This document shows positions 39,901-51,000 of a stretch of 63,927 nucleotides of DNA, piece by piece. Position numbers and translations under genes: made by a program. Positions within the stretch are counted from its first letter, which is position 1; every line of letters starts with the position of its first letter. Source of the stretch: Aplysia californica (lineage: Eukaryota); assembly GCF_000002075.1 (NCBI RefSeq), contig NW_004797630.1, positions 14,819 to 78,745 of the forward strand, written 5' to 3'. The notes under the pieces were generated by a model, which was given only the letters and a program-made list of their open reading frames with translations, ran no database searches and was not told where the DNA came from.

Positions 39901-40985
39901 CCTCACCTGTCAGGGCCAATGAAGGCAAAGAGGAATACAACATCACAGCACTTAATAACTTGCTCTGCCCTCCTCCCCTAATCTGAATGTTGCGTCGCCC
40001 AGGCATCCCAAGAGGGGGGGANNNNNNNNNNNNNNNNNNNNNNNNNNNNNNNNNNNNNNNNNNNNNNNNNNNNNNNNNNNNNNNNNNNNNNNNNNNNNNN
40101 NNNNNNNNNNNNNNNNNNNNNACAACAGACATCGCTACACATTAACACGACAAAAGAGAGTTCATCAACAATGTTCTGGCTTATTTTTTAGTTTTAGTTT
40201 TCGTAAGTGTTTTACGGCACTTGCAACACAATCAGGTCATTTAAGTGCCGAAGATTAGAGGTGTTACAAGAGAGTAACAAACACGAAAAAGAAGAAGGGG
40301 AGATAAAGACGATAGATGTTTGATAGGAAAGAAGAAGCAAACCACACCAAAGCACCCGCCAACCACCCACCCACTCGGGCTTGTTTCAACAGAAAAGAGG
40401 AGCACATCAGCACAATGGCAATGACACAATAAGAGATTATTATTAAAGAGCCTTACACAACAACAGATTGAGTAAAGAGAAGTAAGGTTTTCATCAACAC
40501 AATACAGCAAGTATTTAAAATAATATTTTATTTTTTTTAAAAAGAAAAGAGAGGCACATCAGCACAAAATGAGAGTACTACACAACAACAGATTCAGTAC
40601 AGAGATGAACTGTGCTTAGTTTTTAGTTTATTTTTAGTAGAGGTTTTACGGCGCTCGCAACTGCATAAGGTGAAATGAGCGCCAGATGATTAGACGGGTT
40701 ACAAGAGAGTAACAAACATAAAAAAGAAGAAGGGGAGTTAAGGACGATAGATGCACGATAGGAAAGAAGAAGCAAACCACACCAGAGCACCCGCCAACCA
40801 CCCACGAAGAACTATGCTGCATCAACACAATTTAGAGAGTGTCACATAACATAGCCTACTTGTTTGTTAAAGGAAAGAGTAGCTTATCAACAGAATAAGA
40901 CAGCATTTTATATACTGTTTGTAACATAACTGGAAAATATTTCAACAAACTGCAAGTATTAAAAAACAAAAAACAAAAACTGCAC

Positions 40986-41020
<35 letters not shown>

Positions 41021-44000
41021 TAAATATAATCCTAACGTTTTGACAATGATCATGGAACATTATGCTGCTTATATTGTTATGGTGTTTTACCGCCTATATG
41101 GCAGCTTGCACAGTATGCTTCCCAGGAAGTTGAGGTTGCTTCAGAATGCTCTCAGGTCTGCTGGGGTAATGATATAGATTGTGAAGCGCATAGAGCTTGC
41201 TTTTGAACGAGGATTTGCGCCATACAAATGCTATCTATTATTATTATATCAAACATTATAGAAAGATTCTTAAGCAAAATGTTTTTCTAACACTGAAGTA
41301 TGAGACGGACATTCTTAATCTTTCTCGCCCACCCCATCCTTTCCAAAAGAGTAGAGACAATAGACAACTCACGGCTTCTCGCCCACCCCACCCTTTCCAA
41401 AAGAGTAGAGACAATAGACAACTCACGGCTTCTCGTCCTCCACGCCCACAACAATGTATGTGTTCCACAGCGGGTTGAACTGGCTGCGTCTGTTGTAGAG
41501 CACACGGGTCAGCCAGCAGTGAAGGCTCTTGGGTGTGTAGCCAAACCCGTCATTTAGACACTCCTCATCGATCCTGAAAACACACAGGAGATACATCATC
41601 ATGACAAACTCAGTTTTGAGGGGTATAGCAATGATAATGACACCCCCAGCCCCCCCCTCAAAAAAAAAGGGAGGAAAAAAAAGCACACACAGCTTTATTA
41701 ATCACTTAAACAGAAATTTACATTGACTGTAAAAGACAAATAAAATATTTGTTCTTTTGAATACACTATCAGGAGAGACAGACAGAAACAACAGAGGGCG
41801 AGAAAAGAAGTAGGACCTACCAGTGGCATCCTTTAATTACATTGCTGATACGGTGCAGAACTGAATAGAAAAAAAAAGACCCCGTAAAAAAGAAGGCAAA
41901 AAACCTTCACCTTTTATATCAAGGTAGGGAAATGTAGCAATCAGTAAAAAACCAGGCTTTGCTATTGCATGCAGAATGAGTCAGTTCAGTTTCTAAGTGG
42001 AGATAGAAACAATTTTTAAACTCATTCAATCCCGGGAGTTTTTCCTGAAACTGTACCCAGAAACCGGTCAGTTTGGCACCTTTATGTAAGGACCTACTAG
42101 TAACCATTTTATATAATCCAATTGTTTGAAATTTGGCCCAACGTACAACCTAAGATGGATCTTTAGACAAACCAAATTTGAAGTATATAGTTTTAATAAG
42201 TTTGCTTTCGGGTGTTGTTTGGCATTTTTGGGGGCTTTTAATTTTTTTTCATGGCCGAATGAGCAAGAGCAAGCCTACATTAATATTCAAATATGCCTGT
42301 GAGTGTCTAGATCTATAAATATATCGTATGTCATGTATAATTAAGGCTGTTGAATACTTTCTTGAAGTGTACGTGTGAGAAAGGCAGAGAGAATCGATTG
42401 CGAGACATGCTCAGCTGATCAGTGTGAAAAAACGTGCTGAAAGTTCCTTTATATAAAAACGGAGATTTCTCTGTGTGCAATGACGGTAGAAACCAAATTC
42501 CAGGAACCCCTCTAGGCAAAATTGGCCGGGGAAATAATAAATTGACCTTAAAAAAAACTTGAGGCCGTTTTCTGAAACGAAATAAAGTATACGGAACAAA
42601 ACTATAGAACTGAGTTTATCTCGGTCGTGGGAATTGAACGCAGCCCGCACGAGATATCTCGGTCACGGGATTGAATGAGTTAAAATCAAATTGCCTCGTA
42701 TCTCTTTCAGTCAGTTAGCCAAAGTAACCCGCCTCTAAAAGATCTTCTCAGGGTGTGCAAAACATAAAAATTATAATCAATTGCTCAACTTACACATGTT
42801 GTTGGATGATGTTGGTGAGGTACTGAAAGTCAGCGTAATCGCCAGCTGCTCCAATAATGGTGCTGTCATTGACCTTGAACAGTCGTGGGCAGTCACGGAA
42901 CCGAGCCAATGAGCCATACGAGCCCAGCATATCTGCAGCAATGACGACTCCTCCGTTGAATTGAAAGGCAAGAACAGATGTTCCCATCACCACTGGGGAT
43001 CTGGAAGATGTTAAAAAAGAAGGTGAAACAGTTATAATTAGAGCATCTTCATCAGTTTTTTTTGCCAAAAAAAAAAAAAGCATGCTTAAAAAAAATACAA
43101 TTGTAGTCAATTACTCCATTTCATAGAAATGCCAATTGCCTGCTGCACTTTGGGACGGATATTGGGCTCAGCGTGAGGGGTAATTTTCGGGCCGCTCAGG
43201 ATCAGAGGTGACTCTCTTCTAAGAATAGTTACGGGAAAACTCAAAGACGAAAATGAATAAAACTATGTAACCAATCAGAGGAAAGGTTAAACTAACGACA
43301 ACCGAGCGTACAATGCCGAGTGATTTCTAGAAGCGAAGAAATTGCAGTGTTTATGCAATTTTCCTAGCTCTGTGGTTCAAAAACTTAGTGGAGCTGCGGA
43401 TTGGCAGTCTACCAGACAGGCGCCCCACATGTCTTCTTTATTGCTGTAAATTTTCAAATCTTTGGGTGTAGTCCATTTTACATACACCAACTTAAAATCA
43501 CCACCCACCCATTGATAAAACACTAGAGTTGGAAACTAGATCATGGAATCAAGACGCTACAGCACTTGTGATTTGCTGCGTATAACTAAATAGGTCACCG
43601 AGGACTTCAACCTATACAATCAAAACAGAACATTTTGAATTTTTATTTTTGTTGTTGTTGAGAATTTCATTCTATCTGTCACGTCTCTAGAAATTTTTTA
43701 GAAAATCAAATTCTCATGCCAATTTTTCATACATCATAAAAATTAAAGTACTAGACTTAGAAAACTTTCGTTTTTTTTTGTATTAGATTAAGCTTGAATG
43801 TAATTTTACTATGTAAAAAAATAATTACAATAGGGTAATTCTGAGTTGTAGTGGTGTTTTGAAATACTCCCAAAAACGCCAGTCTGCAGCGCTAGTGACT
43901 AGTGAAAGGGCACAGTAGTCACTGACTTTTAAAACATGACCCATCATTTACAAAAAAGTACATAAATTATTACTAGAAAACTTGGAAAGGATACCCAGGA

Positions 44001-46555
44001 ACGAAAATATCTTGTTTTTCTTTGTCAAAGCATCATTTTGTTATTTAACGAGTGAATTCATTCTTGGGAGTCCAGCATCAACGGACCAATGTAAGGGGAT
44101 TCAAGTAGAAATATATATCATAACTCAAACAAATATTGGCATTACATTGCTTTTACTTAAAAAGCTGCTCCAATTCAGAAATGTGTGGATGATACTCTTG
44201 GTCTGAATCTCATTAGATAGCTATTGAGGCTGCTGATTTGCTTTCACATGTTTTAGCAATGCCAATCGGGCTTTCCCGCGAGGCGAAAATTTGGTCCCCG
44301 TTTACGGGCGATTTTGCGGACCCGGCCGAAGCGTAGGTGACTAACTTTGTCAACCTCGGTCTGCTCTATTTCCGAACCAATCCGAATGAAACTCGGCTAC
44401 CAATCAGAAAATAGGGCAAACTAATGATATGTGGACGTTGAAGTTCGTACACATAAATTAACCTATACTTTTGGTGTCGGGAACACTTTCGTATCGTGTA
44501 CACCGAAAACTATAAGGAGTTTGAATTTCAACGCCCAGATGGTAATAGATCTATCTATCCTCTATAGTGTGCTCAAATTAGAGAGTTCTGTGTCAAGTAG
44601 TTGTTTAGACCCGATCGTAAATCTACGACTACCCCCCTATCCAAAGCGGCTTCGCACGGAGACCGGCCATTTTCCCCTCACTCCCGTGGCAAATGTCTGT
44701 GACCTACAAATCCCCGCATGACTATTCCGGGCCCGTTCATTGGTCACTTGAAATAGGGCAATGGCGGGCGCGCGCATCCGGTTGTTTTTCTCTCTATTCC
44801 CCTGTAACATCGCAATGGGGGTATTCCGAGGCGAGGTTATCTCGTCTCGGGGTGTTCGCGTCTCAACGGGGAAAAATAATTTTTAATTGTACGGCATGCT
44901 AGATTGAATTAACTTATCTTTTACGGTCGGCATGGTCTAAAGTCATCATAAAAAGCTTTGCAATTATTTAGTCACGCTGCCGACATATATTCTTAAAGAT
45001 CCCATGTTGTGATACGATGCTATAAATAAAATGGACTCATCCCGACACCCCTTTTTCGCAAAATCGTAATATGTACACCACAATTTTAATTATAACAAAA
45101 TAACTACGAAATTGGTAGTAAATCTGACTGCAGAAATGATTTCTACACTCAAAAACACATCGGGTAGCCAAGTTTCTCTCCAACATTTGGATTAGTTACC
45201 GAGATATCGTCGATTTTCTTACAGAATCTGCTACTGCGTGGTCCACTTTTTAGGAGTATTTTCCTATATGTGGGTCATCCATATTTTGCCGACCTTTACA
45301 ACCCCATAACTTTTTTATTTATGAACCGTTTCTCAAAATTCAAGAAGCATGATTATCAGAATTGAAAATTCTTTCTTAGGTACCAAAAAAAAGGGGGCAA
45401 AAGTGAAAATTTAAATTTTCATTGGCATTGCTACATGTTTGGTGAAAGTATTTTTTTTTCTATCAAAATTTATAATATGCAGGCTACGTTCATGGCGCCC
45501 TGAGTCATCCACCATTGGCACAGGGGCACGACTGAAACGCTACGGTTGTTCAAATTCAGACTCAAAGTCAATGAGGAAACAGCACAGGAATACTCGCGTG
45601 AAAAATAATGCTGCGGTGGTCCAAATGCAAAAGAGTTTATGGAGGGCGAAGGTAGGTACAGCAAAACAGCTTCGGTCTACAAGGCCTCGCTCGCTCAGAA
45701 CATGGAACATAACTTATAAATATCCCTTTCCCGTGTATGGACCCGGCAATGCTCGACAATGTGAAAATAAAAGTTGTTAGAAGAAACAAGGGAGAATGGA
45801 AGAAGTCCAAGGCCGGAAGAGGGGTGGGAGGGGGTGAAAAAATGAAAAAGCAAAATGAAAAAGGGTAGGGGGTGAAGTGAGCACCATTATTCTTATATTT
45901 TGCAAACTAGATTCAGGGCGCGTGAACGTAGCCACTGCGAAATTTATTTATTTTCTCATGAATCAGTGTCAGCACCATCACCATCTCTGTAATTCTTGTC
46001 TTGGTCTTGTGTTAGTGTTATTTATGGGAGAACTTCCGTAACGAGCGACCACTACTATGATCAAAGAAGAATAGAGGGCAAGAGGTAGGGGTAGGGTTAA
46101 AGTTAGACTACAACTACGTGACTGTGACTCTATACAATGACACGACAAATAATTCAAGTCGTCTGCTGCTTTTTCTGGAATGAGGGGAGACAGTGCTGAA
46201 CTGGGAAATTATGGAACAACAATAACATGCCATGTCCACATACATTACTACACAGTAGCAGCAGCAAGAGACTTCAGGAGCGTAACTGTAAAGACAAAAT
46301 TTAAGTAAAAAAGGCAGTCAGTGAAGTCAAGAGTCAAGGTAGGCAGAGAAAGTGAAAGAAGAAGTGGTGGTGCCCTACTCTAAGTCTATTGTCAGTAGAT
46401 CTAGACATGGTTACTTACAGTGTTTTCTGAGCTGCACCATTACTGGGTATACTAGCATTGCCAGGAAAATTGTAAAATTGCCCAGGAGCCGGTCCACCGG
46501 TCCATAGAGGCCCAGGTCCAGAGTTTCCAAACGGTCCACTCATACTTGACGCCAT
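32247..46555 (-). CDS. PSMB4: Proteasome subunit beta type-4 (beta7); coding exons 46555-46419, 43000-42794, 41573-41427, 38620-38539, 37228-37112, 36281-36193, 32259-32247 (792 nt, 263 aa)
   Basis: Spliced translation contains [77 protein letters not shown] and [12 protein letters not shown]. All junctions are GT-AG and in phase. Confidence 0.97.
33245..33428 (-). mobile_element. Representative of the most abundant ~180-bp retroelement 'A' (about 17 full or partial copies, e.g. 981-1130, 5830-6000, 23075-23230, 32655-32850, 35458-35630, 37500-37685, 40190-40370, 40620-40805, 51500-51880 dimer, 52633-52820, 56880-57060, 59073-59270, 59456-59654)
   Basis: Sense strand GGGTGGTTGGCGGGTGCTCTGGTGTGGTTTGCTCC ... 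hairpin ... (ACTAAA)n; this copy is flanked by the direct repeat CACACAGTGA. Confidence 0.85.
34344..34381 (+). ncRNA. Degenerate minimal type I hammerhead ribozyme motif (Penelope-like element relic)
   Basis: ATGTTC-CTGATGA-A-GCC-ATAC-AGC-GAAA-TG-TT-GAACAT. Perfect 6-bp stem I and intact core boxes; both deviations from the ideal fold are CpG transitions. Confidence 0.6.
38158..38530 (-). mobile_element. Second copy of retroelement body 'B', starting a few nt after the PSMB4 exon 4 donor
   Basis: Reverse complement of 1427-1800. Confidence 0.8.
39235..40021 (-). repeat. Apparently identical copy of 36114-36900, including PSMB4 exon 6 (39402-39314), located in intron 3
   Basis: Offset 3121 bp; both copies abut 100-N gaps, so misassembly is likely. 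Confidence 0.9.
42021..42679. mobile_element. TIR element, probably piggyBac-type non-autonomous
   Basis: CTCATTCAATCCCG ... CGGGATTGAATGAG|TTAA. Confidence 0.7.
44254..45433. mobile_element. CpG-rich element bounded by 13-bp inverted repeats (possibly Helentron-associated non-autonomous)
   Basis: TTT-TAGCAATGCCAAT ... ATTGGCATTGCTA; composition differs from flanks; class assignment is inference. Confidence 0.45.
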
Positions 46556-47082
46556 CTTTATATGCTCCCAAATGCCCAATGCAAGCAAGTCACTATAGAT
46601 ATTAAAAACTTTCAAGAAAAATATTTCACGATACAAAAATAATACAATCTTCAAAAATTGTGGGGGTTTTCTGAAAATTACTCTTAACTTTTCTTTTTTA
46701 TTGGTTAATAAATGAGAGTCGTTTTTATTGTTAAAAAATTTAAAATGATAAAAGTCAAATTATATTTGTTTTGAAGTCTCCATGCAAGAACTCTTTGTTG
46801 TTTTACAAAACATACTGCGATGCCAAAATGATGGAAGGATGTGTTTGACATTTTCCCGAAACAATTATCTCTACTTTCGACTTCCCCCTGTGCTACCGGC
46901 TTTGACTTTAGAAAAACAAAACGAGGCAGCTGGCGTCCGCTAGCCTCGCTTACGGCAACGACAAACAGCTATACCCTGCTCAATCTACTTCTCGTATGTT
47001 CCACTTCATTCACAGACTTCAAGTCTTAAAGTCAGTGTGCTCTAGATTTGTGCAAGTGCGTAGCATAGGTTCAAGATTCGAG
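46556..47082. promoter_or_regulatory. Probable bidirectional promoter of PSMB4/HDHD2, including a non-coding first exon of HDHD2 ending at donor 47082
   Basis: PSMB4 ATG at 46555 in AAGATGGCG context (YY1-like). GAG|GTAATT donor at 47082/47083. The HDHD2 ATG lies 3 nt after an acceptor (48020), so an upstream UTR exon is required. Confidence 0.65.
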
Positions 47083-48023
47083 GTAATTTGTTTTCAGTCA
47101 TTCATTGAACGTGATTTATTATTGTTACACATTTTCAGTTGGAGAACCCTGATCATCATCACATCATCATTTTCATTGAATTATTCTTAGTTTCCCTGGT
47201 GAATGTCCAGAGTCGGATGTCTGAAACACAACAAACACAGTTCTAGACTCCCATTTAATATTCACGGTGTCACCTCTCCACACACCACACATGTACTTAA
47301 CATTTTCCTTGACTCTATAGTCTATAGATCTCGTATAGATCTAGATCTAGATCTAGTCTTCTAGCCTACTTTTTCTTTTGTGACTTAAGTTGTGTGTGAA
47401 GGCCTAGCCTACGTGTTTTAATATTTTAAAGTCTATGGTCTGACTGCGTTGAACCCAACCTCACAGACAACAACTAGGCAGAGTGTCTAAATGACCCCAT
47501 CTTCAAAACAAAATCTAGTGTTTTGGAAGAAATGGGTTGTAAGCTCCCATAGCAGTTTAAAAAATGTACACAATAAAATACAGTGTTACATTTCTTGGAC
47601 CAAACACTCTCGATGGAGTCTGTAACATTTTCTGTGGTCTGACTCACAATGAAGTTCTTTTTAGGGGGCTCTCATCATGTCTTAGAGGTACAGTATTTAT
47701 TTGCCTCTCATTCAATAGGGCCTGTCCCGGGGTCGAAACCTGACAGTGACGGTTAATTTTCTTCTCTAACATATATATATATTTCTTCTTTCACCTCCTA
47801 ATTTCCTGCTCTCTAACTATCAGGTTCTGTTGTCTGCTTTCATCTCCACTGTCCACTTTCTGACTCCTCTCCCCCCCAATTTTGTTAGATAGAGATACAC
47901 ACGATAATTTTGCAAAAGAGAACATTTTATGTTCAATCAATTGCTTCTTTAATCTTATGATTTACCGTTTTATCTTTTCAATCAATTCCCTGTTATTAAA
48001 GTGCATGTTTATCTGTGCAGAAG

Positions 48024-51000
48024 ATGTCCGGTGATATCAAGGCTGTTCTCATTGACCTCAGCGGCACCCTGCACGTAGAAAGTGACCCCACACCCGGGGC
48101 AGTGGATGCACTCAAAAGGTCAAAAACTCAATACTGATACAGTGTATTCCCTCAGTTATTGCAAGGGTTATATGTTCCAGAACATTCTGCGATAGAAGGA
48201 GAAAATTTTTACAAGTACTAAAAAGGATAGCCCGTATCTTGAAAAGTGATGAAACAAATGACTTCATTCATTTTTTTATTTAAGTGGAAAAAAAAAAGAG
48301 TGGTCTTTCTATTTTTTTTTACCTTATTATAATAACAGTCAGGCACGAATAACTCAAACATGAAAACCATTTTAAAACTTTTTTTTTGGTTGGTTGTGAG
48401 TGGGGAGGGGAGGGGGTGTTTTGAAAGTGGTCTTTGAGTTTGGAAAGTCTACTGTAATGAATGTAATTTTCTGTTATATATTCTTTTTTTTTTTATGACA
48501 TGTGTGTTTTATCATACTTTCCCTCAGACTTCGACAGCAGAAAGATATCAAGGTCAAGTTTGTAACAAACACGACAAAGGAGAGCAAAGCTGTTCTCATG
48601 AGGAGACTGCTAAAAATAGGTTTTGACGTCTCGGAGGAGGATGTGTTTACGTCTTTGTCTGCCGCGAGACAGCTGGTGGATGCGCAGAACTTAAGACCGT
48701 ATTTGTTAGTGGATGAAAAGGCTATGGAGGATTTTGAAGGTAGGAATCAGTCTTGATACATTTATGTTGGTAGGGAGGTAGGTGTTTTATTCCTGGTTTG
48801 AAACCATTGGCTTACATCACATAAAACATAAACATTTTACAGAAGAGACTTCCGTGGAACCAGCATAAATTATAAATGAAATATGTTCTAATATTTTTAA
48901 AAAGCAGCATATTTATTTTGGGTAATATGATAGATCTATAAATAGCATCCATATATTTTATGATGTCTCTTACTTTTCACAAAACTTGAAATAATTTCCA
49001 GGATTCTGTTTAAAAAAAAGTATAATCACCCATTCCAAAGCTTTTGACTGGATTCTGTTTTTAAAGAAAGTATAATCACTAACTTCAAAGCCTTTGACGG
49101 CTTGCCCTCCACCCCCCCCCCCCCAAACTTCTCTCCATTTTGCTGTAATAGTTAAATATAACCCCTACATTTTTGCGCACCACAACCATGACATCCTGAT
49201 GTTTCCTGCTCCAGTAATAAGACATAAATAATGCGTACCGCCATTGACTCTGAGCTCACAGGTGATATGTCAGTAGGTTATTCGTTCTACGATGGTGTGT
49301 GTGTATTAGTGTGTGTGTGTGTGTGGNNNNNNNNNNNNNNNNNNNNNNNNNNNNNNNNNNNNNNNNNNNNNNNNNNNNNNNNNNNNNNNNNNNNNNNNNN
49401 NNNNNNNNNNNNNNNNNNNNNNNNNNNNNNNNNNNNNNNNNNNNNNNNNNNNNNNNNNNNNNNNNNNNNNNNNNNNNNNNNNNNNNNNNNNNNNNNNNNN
49501 NNNNNNNNNNNNNNNNNNNNNNNNNNNNNNNNNNNNNNNNNNNNNNNNNNNNNNNNNNNNNNNNNNNNNNNNNNNNNNNNNNNNNNNNNNNNNNNNNNNN
49601 NNNNNNCCCCCCACCTCACCCTGCCCCATCCAACACCCCCACTCCCTTTTCATCTCCAGGCGTCCCTCAAGAGGACCCTAACTCAGTGGTGGTGGGCCTA
49701 GCTCCGGACAGGATGAATTACGAGGATCTGAACACGGCTATGAGGTAGGTTATGTCGCAGTCATGACGTGGGTGGTTGGAGGGTGCCACTGGTTGGTCCT
49801 ACTTCTTTATTTTTCTTTCCCTCTGTTGTTCCTGTCTGTGTGGGTGGTTGGAGGGTGCCACTGGGTGATCCTACTTCTTTACTTTCCCCTCTGTTGTTTC
49901 TGTCTGTCTGTGTGGGTGGTTGGAGGGTGCCACTGGGTGATCCTACTTCTGTTCTTTCCCTCTGTTGCTTCTGTCTACCTTTGCTCCTCTGGTTAGAAAC
50001 CCTTGTTGCCCCTCATTTTGCTTACCACTAATGCTACGTTCCAGATTGCTGCAGTCCGGAGCATCGCTGATCGCCATCCACAAGGCAAAGTACTACAGAC
50101 GCAGTGATGGCCTGGCTCTGGGACCTGGTGAGTTTAGTTGACCCTCTGCACTGTTCCTTGACACCCCCCCCCCCACCCGAGCTGACCTTTGACCCAGCTG
50201 GTTGACTTTTGACCCTTGAGGTTGACCCCAGATTCCAGTTTTCCCTTGACACCAGTTGACCCTTGACCCACCAGGCTGATTTTGCTCTAGGTCGACCCGT
50301 GACCCAAACTTACCTTGGACAGGCCAGACTGACCTTGACCCTAGGTTTGACCCTTGACTCAGGGCTAACTTGACCCTGGTTTGACCCTTGACTCAGGGCT
50401 AACTGGACCCTGGGTTGACCCTTGACTCAGGGCTAACTTGACCCTGGGTTGACCCTTGACCCGCAATGCTGACTCTCTGGCCCGTCCCCTTCCCTCCCGT
50501 GGTTGACTGTCTTCAGTACAGGGATGAATTTTACCACAATCACGCCTAAACCTGATTAGTTAGGTCTCTTATTCCAGAGACTTTCAGGCCAGAGAGATTT
50601 ATTTTTAGTTTAATCTCTCCAAAATTTTTTTCATCATTTTGGCTACCTTAGAAGTACATAGTTCTTTCTGATGTTGTTTTTTTTTAGCCATTTTGAGTTA
50701 CTAATACTAATACCGTGAGGTCAGAAACCAAATGTATTATCTGCTCTATCAAAATTGTAAGAATATTCACTGTCGTTATAGAGATATTCAAAGCATTTGA
50801 AAAAGCTTGACATGTAAAGTAAAACTCAAAATTTTCAACGTCAAATTACTCAAAACTAGGTAGTGAGCACATAAAACTTTACAATTCTAGGGTAGCAATT
50901 TGTTGAATATTTAATTTCATCCGTATATCTGCGTCAAATTTTAAAAAAAATGAATCCTTATGCCAAAGCTAGTCTTCCTTCCTAGTCTTGATCTTCAGCT

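Noticed and set aside
47026-47050. IRE-like CAGTGT loop in the putative HDHD2 5'UTR (tempting because ACO1/IRP1 is nearby)
   Set aside because: The upper stem AAAGT/GCTCT has a mismatch and the required unpaired C five bases 5' of the loop is absent.
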